Origin: Chloroflexota bacterium
GTDB lineage: Bacteria > Chloroflexota > Limnocylindria > Limnocylindrales > CSP1-4
Direction: 5' to 3'
Assembly (NCBI GenBank): GCA_031416295.1
Contig: JANOTJ010000277.1
Coordinates: 1-31,435, forward strand
Length of the DNA: 31,435 nt
This document shows, piece by piece, positions 25,485 through 31,435 of this stretch; within the stretch, counting starts at the first letter, position 1; each line of letters starts with the position of its first letter. Made by a program: the position numbers and the translations under genes. Under the pieces are notes generated by a model, which did no database searches, was not told the DNA's origin, and was given only the letters and a program-made list of their open reading frames with translations.

Positions 25485-26407
25485 GCGCCGACCTCCATCT
25501 CGCGGGCGTACGGTGGCTCGGCTCCCGCCCGCCCCACGGTCAGCGCCGCGACCCGACTGCCGAAGCGCGCGGCGGCGGTCACGGCGTCGATGACGCGGAG
25601 GTCCTCGCGGGTCCGTCCGCCGCGCACCCAGGCATGCAGGAACCCAGCGCCGAACGCGTCGCCCGCGCCGACCGTGTCGACCACCTCGACAGGCGGTACG
25701 GCCAGGGTCACCCGCTGCGGGCCGACCGCCACCACGATCGGGTCGCCGCCGGCCGTGCACAGGACCGCCCTCGAACCACCCGAAGCCGGCGAGGCGATGG
25801 CCGAGAGTGCCGCCTGGAGGTCGAGGTCCGGGTACAGGAACCGCAGGTCGTCGGTACTCACCTTGATCACGTCGGCCCGGGCCAGGATCCGCTCGACCCG
25901 CGCCCGGTAGGCGACGGCGTCGGGTGTGGCCGTCGGCCGCGCATTGACATCGACCATGACCAGGGTCGTGTCCGGGACCCTGCCGACAAGGGCTTCGAGC
26001 GTCGTGGCCATGGGCTCCAGCACGAGCCCGAGCGTGCCCAGGTGGAGGGCCCCGGGGGCGCGCGCGAGCGCACCCTGGATGGACGTGTCGGCGAGGCCCG
26101 GAGCCGACGTCCCGAGCGTGTAGAACCGATACGACGCCGCACCGGATCCGTCGAGCTCGGCCACGGCGAGGGTCGTCGGATCGTCGGTCGCGACAAGCAG
26201 GTCCAGGGCGACGCCATCGAGCTCCAGATTCGCCCGGAGGCGCTGGCCGAAGCGATCCCGCGAGACCCGACCCAGAAACGCGACCGCGCCGCCCAGGCGT
26301 CCGATCGTCCGCGCCGTGTTGTACGGCCCACCACCGGGCATGGCTGCGAGGCGCCCGTCCGGCGACGCGATCAGATCGATGAGCGCCTCACCGGCGACGA
26401 TGATCAC
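25481..26407 (-). CDS. PfkB-family carbohydrate kinase (fructokinase-like)
   Basis: IVAGEALIDL, PGGGPYNTARTIGRLG, DVNARP, DVIKVS, VVDTVGAGDAF. GTG start at 26407. Confidence 0.92.
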   Translation of the reverse strand: MIIVAGEALIDLIASPDGRLAAMPGGGPYNTARTIGRLGGAVAFLGRVSRDRFGQRLRANLELDGVALDLLVATDDPTTLAVAELDGSGAASYRFYTLGTSAPGLADTSIQGALARAPGALHLGTLGLVLEPMATTLEALVGRVPDTTLVMVDVNARPTATPDAVAYRARVERILARADVIKVSTDDLRFLYPDLDLQAALSAIASPASGGSRAVLCTAGGDPIVVAVGPQRVTLAVPPVEVVDTVGAGDAFGAGFLHAWVRGGRTREDLRVIDAVTAAARFGSRVAALTVGRAGAEPPYAREMEVGA

Positions 26408-26460
26408 GGCACCTCCGCCTACCTCGCGTGGTCCCAGGGTCGCGAGTCGGGACCCGCGAC

Positions 26461-26470
26461 AGGATACCCT
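26461..26470. promoter_or_regulatory. Overlapping divergent -10 hexamers (TATCCT on minus, TACCCT on plus)
   Basis: AGGATACCCT lies in the 73-bp gap between the divergent pfkB and methyltransferase genes. Confidence 0.4.
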
Positions 26471-26480
26471 CCGAGTCCTG

Positions 26481-27242
26481 ATGCGACGCACCCCCGACGT
26501 CGAGGAACTGCTCGACGGCCCGCTCGACGATCCGGCCGCGCTGATCGGTAACCTGCGCGACCTGCGCCGGGTGAACCGCTGGCTGGGTGGAGTCAGCCTC
26601 TCCGGCGGAGCCCTCGATGCCCTGGTCGCCGACATCTGGCGCGGCCCCGACGATGACCGCATCGTGACGATGCTCGATGTCGGGACGGGGGGCGCCGACA
26701 TCCCGGCGGCGCTGGTCCGCCGGGCGCGGCTGGGCCACGAAAGACGCCGATCGGGTCGGGTTCGAGCGATCGCCCTGGACAGCCGCCCGGAGATCCTCGC
26801 CGCGGCGCTCGTCGCGGACCCGGCCCTGGAGGACCTCATCGCATCCGCGGACCTGACCATCGAACTCGGCGATGGTCGGTCGCTGCCCTACCCCGATCGC
26901 TCCATCGATGTCGTCCATTGCTCGCTCGTCGTGCACCACCTGGCGCCAGAGGAGGTCGTCACGCTGGTGCGCGAGATGGTCCGCGTCGCGCGGCTCGGGA
27001 TCATCGTCAATGACCTCATCCGGGGTCGTGCGGCGTACCTCGGCGCCTGGCTGCTCACGCGCGTCACGACACGTAATCGATACACCCGACACGATGCGCC
27101 GATGTCCGTTCGCCGTGCCTACACCCGGGCGGAGTTGCTGGCCATGCTCGCGCAGGCCGACCTTGACGTCGTCTGGCGCGGGACCGGGCTGCTCGGCCAT
27201 CGATGGGCGCTGGCGGCACGGGCGCGGCAACGGACATCGTGA
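26481..27242 (+). CDS. Class I SAM-dependent methyltransferase
   Basis: ELLDG N-terminal motif, motif I LDVGTGGAD, LPYPDRSIDVVHCSLVVHHL, NDLIR, TRHDAPMSVRRAYT. Start ATG 26481. Confidence 0.9.
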   Translation: MRRTPDVEELLDGPLDDPAALIGNLRDLRRVNRWLGGVSLSGGALDALVADIWRGPDDDRIVTMLDVGTGGADIPAALVRRARLGHERRRSGRVRAIALDSRPEILAAALVADPALEDLIASADLTIELGDGRSLPYPDRSIDVVHCSLVVHHLAPEEVVTLVREMVRVARLGIIVNDLIRGRAAYLGAWLLTRVTTRNRYTRHDAPMSVRRAYTRAELLAMLAQADLDVVWRGTGLLGHRWALAARARQRTS

Positions 27243-28468
27243 CCTCGAGGACGGTGGTCGTCGTGGGCGGTGGTCCGGCCGGTGCGGTCCTCGCCACGTA
27301 CCTCGCCCGCGCCGCACTGGAGGTCACCCTCGTGGAACGCGCTCCGGCATGGCGATGGCGGGCCTGCGGCGTATTCAGTTCGCCCGCGACGATGGCCGCC
27401 CTGCGGCGGGTCGGCCTGGCCGAGGCCGACCTTGCCCGCGTCGCGCGAGCGATCCCGGCCATGCGCCTGGAAACCACGGGCGGCGCGGTCGTGCGGCTGA
27501 CCTACGGCGCGGCCGGCGCCGAGCACCCGACCGCGGTGGGCTTTGACCGCTCCGCGCTGGACCCGCTGCTGCTCGCCACGGCGCGGGCGGCGGGTGTCGA
27601 CATTCGCACCGGCGTGACCGTCCGCAGCGTGTCGCTGGCTGCGCCCGGAGGCGGCGCCGAGTTGGACCTGGTGGGGCCCGATGGCGCCACGCGACTCACG
27701 GCCCGGATCGTCGTGGGCGCCGATGGCGCGAACTCGAGCGTGGCTCGGGCGGCCGGCGTGCACCGGGCGACCCGCCTCGGCCGGCGCGTCGGACTCAGTC
27801 ACCACCTGCCCGACCCGCGGATCGACGAGCTCGCCCTCGACGGTCGCCTGCGCGTGCTCCGCGATGGGTACGTCGGCATCGCCCCGGTGCCGGGCCGTCG
27901 GGTGAACATCGGGATCGTGCTGGGCCGGACGTGGTCGGCGGCGCTCGCGGCGCGCGGGGCGGACGCCGTGGCCGCCGAGATCGTCGCGGGCATCCCTCCG
28001 ACCGACGACGATCCGGCCCCGTGGCGGGGCTCCGACCCGTGCGAGCGGGTCGCTGGCGCCGCACCGCTCGGGGTCCGCGTCACACGGCGCGCGGGACCTG
28101 GCTGGCTGCTCGTTGGCGACGCCGCGGGGTTCCTGGACCCGTTCACCGGAGAGGGCCTGCACCGGGCACTCGTGTCGGCCGAACTCGGTGCGTCGGCCGT
28201 TCGCGCGGCGCTCGATGGGCCGCCCGGTGACGGCGATCGAGCGATGGCCGCCTATGAGCGCTCGATGCGCCGGCGGTTCGCGACCAAGGACGCCGTTTCG
28301 ACCCTGGTCCAGCTGTTCCTTGCCCGGCCGGCGCTCCTGGAATACGCCGCACGACGACTCGCCGCGCGGCCCGGCGTCCGTGCGACCATGAGCCTCGTGA
28401 TGGGCGACCTCGTCCCGGCCTCCCGCGGGCTCGATCCCCGCTTCCTTGCCGCGCTCCTCGCGCCGTGA
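27239..28468 (+). CDS. FAD-dependent oxidoreductase (geranylgeranyl reductase / aromatic hydroxylase superfamily)
   Basis: VVGGGPAG, DRSALD, VVGADGANS, LVGDAAGFLDPFTGEGLHRAL. GTGA overlap with the methyltransferase stop. Confidence 0.88.
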   Translation: MTSRTVVVVGGGPAGAVLATYLARAALEVTLVERAPAWRWRACGVFSSPATMAALRRVGLAEADLARVARAIPAMRLETTGGAVVRLTYGAAGAEHPTAVGFDRSALDPLLLATARAAGVDIRTGVTVRSVSLAAPGGGAELDLVGPDGATRLTARIVVGADGANSSVARAAGVHRATRLGRRVGLSHHLPDPRIDELALDGRLRVLRDGYVGIAPVPGRRVNIGIVLGRTWSAALAARGADAVAAEIVAGIPPTDDDPAPWRGSDPCERVAGAAPLGVRVTRRAGPGWLLVGDAAGFLDPFTGEGLHRALVSAELGASAVRAALDGPPGDGDRAMAAYERSMRRRFATKDAVSTLVQLFLARPALLEYAARRLAARPGVRATMSLVMGDLVPASRGLDPRFLAALLAP

Positions 28469-28917
28469 CGATCCGAGGCGAGGTAGCGCCAGGCCCGCCC
28501 GGCCGGACCCGCCTGGCGGCGTACACCCTGTGCCTCGACGAGCGCGGCCGTGTGCTGCTCTGCCACATCGCCCCATCCATCGGCCTCGGCGACATCTGGA
28601 CGCTGCCGGGCGGCGGCGTGGAGTTCGGAGAAGCGCCCATCGACGCGGCCCTGCGCGAACTCACCGAGGAGACCGGGCTGCGCGGCGAGATCATCGAGCT
28701 CCTCGACGTCAGCGACCGCCTCTTCAGCGCGGGCAGTGGCGCCGTGCCGCTGCATGCCATCCGCATCGTGTACCGCGTCCGGATCGTGGGCGGCGAACTG
28801 CGCGACGAGACGGATGGCTCCACGGACACGGCCGGATGGTTCGGCCCGGGCGAGACCGCGCGGATGCGCCTCGGCGAACTGTCGCGACACATGCTCGCGC
28901 GCACCTCGGGACGCTGA
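28465..28917 (+). CDS. NUDIX hydrolase
   Basis: Nudix box GGGVEFGEAPIDAALRELTEETGL. GTGA overlap with the upstream gene. Confidence 0.9.
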   Translation: MTIRGEVAPGPPGRTRLAAYTLCLDERGRVLLCHIAPSIGLGDIWTLPGGGVEFGEAPIDAALRELTEETGLRGEIIELLDVSDRLFSAGSGAVPLHAIRIVYRVRIVGGELRDETDGSTDTAGWFGPGETARMRLGELSRHMLARTSGR

Positions 28918-28922
28918 CCAGG

Positions 28923-29426
28923 ATGCACAGCGAGATCGCCATCGACATCGATGCTCCGGCGGCTGTCGTCTTCGCCCTCGCCCGCGACGTCGAGCGCTGG
29001 GCGACCTTCCTGCCCCACTACCGACGCTCAACGGCCATCGTGCGGAGCGCCGACGACAGTCTCATCGTCGACTTCATCGCCCGCCGACCGCTCATCGATG
29101 TCCTCGGCCTGGGCCTGCCGGTCACCTGGCGCTCGCGTACCTGGAGCGAGCCCGAGACGCTGCGCCTGCGCTTCGTCCACGTCGCGGGCGCGACGAAGAG
29201 CATGGACGTCACCTGGCGCATCGAGCCGCGCGACGACGGTGACGGGTGCCGGGTGACCATCGAGCACGACTTCCGGCCTCGATTGCCAGGGTTCGCGACG
29301 GTCGTGGAGCGCTGGTTCACGCGGCCCATCGCGGGCCGCACCCTGGACACGTTCAAGGCGCTCGCCGAGGCGATCGCGCCGCTCGTCCGGTCCGCACCGG
29401 CGCCCACCACGGACCATGCGACATGA
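28923..29426 (+). CDS. SRPBCC/START-fold protein, aromatase/cyclase-like
   Basis: SEIAIDIDAPAAVVFALARDVERWATFLPHY, TWRSR, MDVTWRIEP, VTIEHDF, C-terminal helix IAGRTLDTFKALAE. Start ATG 28923. Confidence 0.82.
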   Translation: MHSEIAIDIDAPAAVVFALARDVERWATFLPHYRRSTAIVRSADDSLIVDFIARRPLIDVLGLGLPVTWRSRTWSEPETLRLRFVHVAGATKSMDVTWRIEPRDDGDGCRVTIEHDFRPRLPGFATVVERWFTRPIAGRTLDTFKALAEAIAPLVRSAPAPTTDHAT

Positions 29427-30700
29427 GCACGCCGCGCCGCCGGATCTGGATCACCGGGATCGGGGTCATCACGGCAATCGGCACGGGCGTAAACGCGTTC
29501 CGGGCGGGTCTTCGGGCCGGACGCTCGCCGGTCAAGCGCATCGACCGCTTCGATCCAGCGCCGTTCCGCTCGCAGGTCGCGGCCCAGGTGGACGACTTCG
29601 ACCCGCTGACGTGGATGGACGCGAAGACGGCCCGCCAGCTCGATCGGTTCAGCCAGTTCGGGCTGGTCGTGGGGCGCCTGGCGCTCGAGGACGCCCGGTT
29701 CGTGCCGGGCGCCCATGGCGCGGCCGCGCCGGAGCGGATCGGGATCTACCTCGGCTCGGCGCTGGGGGGCATCGCCTATGCCGAGGCCCAGCACGAGCGG
29801 TTCCTGGACAAGGGGATCCGCCAGGTCGCCCCGAACCTCGCCCTGGCGGTCTTCGGCGGCGCGGCCCCGGCCAACCTCGGTATCGCGCTCGGTGTCCGCG
29901 GCCCGATCCTGTCCACGGCCAACTCGTGCGCATCGGGAGCGGTGGCGCTGGGCGAAGCCCTCGGCGACCTGCGCGAGGGCCGGGTGGATGCGGCCATCGC
30001 CGGTGGCTGCGAGATCCCGCTCTCGCCCCTCGCCTTCGGGGCCTTCGACATCATCCGGGCGCTGTCGGCCGGTCGCAACGACGATCCGGGCTCGGCGGCC
30101 CGGCCATTCGACGCGGACCGCGACGGGTTCGTGATGGGCGAGGGCGCCGCGCTCCTGGTCCTGGAGGAGGCCGAGGCCGCAGAACGGCGCGGAGCCACGC
30201 CCTACGCGGAGGTCCTCGGCTACGGCGCGAGCTCCGACGCCCACCACATGGTCCAGCCCCGCGCCGACGGTCGGGAAGCGGCCCGCGCGGCCTCCATCGC
30301 GCTGGCCGACGCCCGGGTAGAGCCCGCCCGGATCGACTACGTGAATGCCCACGCGTCGTCGACCCCGCTCGGGGACGTGGCCGAGGCCCGGGCGATCGCT
30401 TTGGCCCTCGGGCCACGGGCACGTGACGTGCCGGTCAGCGGGACCAAGGCACTGTACGGGCACCCGCTCGGTGCCTCGGGGGCCATCGAGGCGGCCATCT
30501 GCGCGCTGGCCATCCGCGATGGCTGGGCACCCGCGTCTGCGAACCTGCGATCGCCCGACCCGGACGTCGCGGCGCTCCTGCCAGGACTGCTGCGCTACGG
30601 GCGCCCGGGCGACTACCGGCGGGTGCTCAGCACCTCGTTCGGCTTCGGCGGGCTGAACGCGGCCCTCGTGTTCGGGACGCCGGACTCCACCGCCGGCTGA
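29423..30700 (+). CDS. Beta-ketoacyl-ACP synthase, KAS II / FabF-like (possibly a dedicated paralogue)
   Basis: WITGIGVITAIG, DRFSQFG, catalytic Cys ANSCASG, PFDADRDGFVMGEGA, His NAHASST, His KALYGHPLGASG, STSFGFGG. ATGA overlap with the SRPBCC gene. Confidence 0.92.
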   Translation: MSTPRRRIWITGIGVITAIGTGVNAFRAGLRAGRSPVKRIDRFDPAPFRSQVAAQVDDFDPLTWMDAKTARQLDRFSQFGLVVGRLALEDARFVPGAHGAAAPERIGIYLGSALGGIAYAEAQHERFLDKGIRQVAPNLALAVFGGAAPANLGIALGVRGPILSTANSCASGAVALGEALGDLREGRVDAAIAGGCEIPLSPLAFGAFDIIRALSAGRNDDPGSAARPFDADRDGFVMGEGAALLVLEEAEAAERRGATPYAEVLGYGASSDAHHMVQPRADGREAARAASIALADARVEPARIDYVNAHASSTPLGDVAEARAIALALGPRARDVPVSGTKALYGHPLGASGAIEAAICALAIRDGWAPASANLRSPDPDVAALLPGLLRYGRPGDYRRVLSTSFGFGGLNAALVFGTPDSTAG

Positions 30701-31435
30701 GGCAGCACGGGTGTCGGCTGCGAGCGCGCGGCGCCGGGCTGCGAGCGCGCGGTCGCGGTCTGGATGCGCCGCCACCACACGAGCGCGCCGAGGCCGGTCG
30801 CCAGCGAGAGCGCGCCACCGACCGCGACCGTCTCCAGGATTCCGATGGTCGAGGCCAGGGCACCCGCGGCCAGACCTCCGATCGGGATCGAGGCTGCGAA
30901 GACCGTTGTGTAGACGCTCATCACCCGGCCGCGCAGGCCATCGGGCACATTGAGCTGGATGGTGGCGTTGGCGGTCGCCGCCATCGCGATCCCGCCGGCC
31001 CCCACGGGCACCATGAGCAGCAGGGACAGCGGGAAGGACGTGGACAGGGCGAGGGCCAGCGAGGCCACCCCGAGCACGATCGCGCCGCCGGCGATCTGTC
31101 CGGGTCGCGGCTTGCCGGCCACCACGAGGCCGATCGCTGCCGCCAGGGCACCGAGCCCTGACGCGGTCATGAGGAACCCGTAGCCCGACGCGTCGCTGCG
31201 CAGGATGTCCGCGGCCAACGGCGGGATGATGACCATGAAGTTCATGCCGAAGGTGGCCACGAGGCCCACGACGGTCACCGCCATCAGCACGATCGGCGTC
31301 CGGCGCACGAACCGCAGGCCCTCGACAAGGTTCTCCCAGACCTCCCGGGGCGAGCCCGGACGCGGGATGAGTCGGGCTCGATGGAGGTCGTCGTCGCGCA
31401 TCAGCGCGAGGGCCAGGATCACCGCCAGGAAGCTC
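30613..31435 (-). CDS. MFS transporter (DHA3/EntS-like), 5' part outside the window
   Basis: Frame is open to the window edge (SFLAVILAL). LVEGLRFVRRTP, ASGYGFLMTASGLGA, IQLNVPDGLRGRVMSVY. Confidence 0.88.
   Translation of the reverse strand, partial: SFLAVILALALMRDDDLHRARLIPRPGSPREVWENLVEGLRFVRRTPIVLMAVTVVGLVATFGMNFMVIIPPLAADILRSDASGYGFLMTASGLGALAAAIGLVVAGKPRPGQIAGGAIVLGVASLALALSTSFPLSLLLMVPVGAGGIAMAATANATIQLNVPDGLRGRVMSVYTTVFAASIPIGGLAAGALASTIGILETVAVGGALSLATGLGALVWWRRIQTATARSQPGAARSQPTPVLPQPAVESGVPNTRAAFSPPKPNEVLSTRR
30716..30752. repeat. 16-bp direct repeat with period 21 in the MFS C-terminal tail
   Basis: GGCTGCGAGCGCGCGG at 30716-31 and 30737-52; encodes ARSQP twice. Confidence 0.75.

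Noticed and set aside
27239-28468. Flavin-dependent halogenase
   Set aside because: The FAD motifs are present, but the WxWxIP halogenase motif is absent (GYVGIAP at the likely equivalent position).
28923-30700. Canonical type II aromatic PKS
   Set aside because: There is only one KS, with FabF-like motifs (SFGFGG) and no chain-length factor or ACP in the operon. The cyclase has WRSRT rather than the full WxSxR ARO/CYC motif. Kept only as a non-canonical hypothesis.
1-31435. tRNA, rRNA, integrase or transposase genes; c-di-GMP riboswitch near the DGC
   Set aside because: No cloverleaf or rRNA-like segments, no DDE or tyrosine-recombinase motifs, and almost no intergenic space near the DGC, by manual inspection.

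Overview
High-GC (roughly 70% by eye), gene-dense bacterial window with about 27 real CDS. Most entries in the supplied ORF track are GC-rich shadow frames, and several real starts lie well inside the listed ORFs. Left to right: (1) argH, cut by the window edge. (2) A 14-kb galactoside-utilisation locus: a GH5 endoglycoceramidase-related hydrolase, a CUT1 sugar ABC importer with two unusually elaborated permeases, galT, a DeoR repressor with an AT-rich divergent control region, a GH36 alpha-galactosidase, a GH42 beta-galactosidase, an MFS transporter and galK. (3) An ABC-2 exporter pair. (4) Two convergent EamA/DMT transporters separated by a repeat-rich spacer. (5) A tightly packed minus-strand run: PfkB kinase, peptidoglycan-binding MepA-like peptidase, PAS-GAF-GGEEF diguanylate cyclase, full-length ALDH, truncated ALDH, SRPBCC protein. 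(6) A coupled five-gene operon of methyltransferase, FAD oxidoreductase, NUDIX, SRPBCC cyclase-like protein and FabF-like ketosynthase. This is the best candidate for an uncharacterised biosynthetic system. (7) A partial MFS transporter. Several genes have a -10-like hexamer 6-7 nt before the start codon and no Shine-Dalgarno, suggesting leaderless mRNAs. I saw no rRNA, tRNA, CRISPR array or transposase. Family assignments come from motif recognition only; no database searches were run. Taxonomy (Actinomycetota-like or high-GC Chloroflexota) is inference only.
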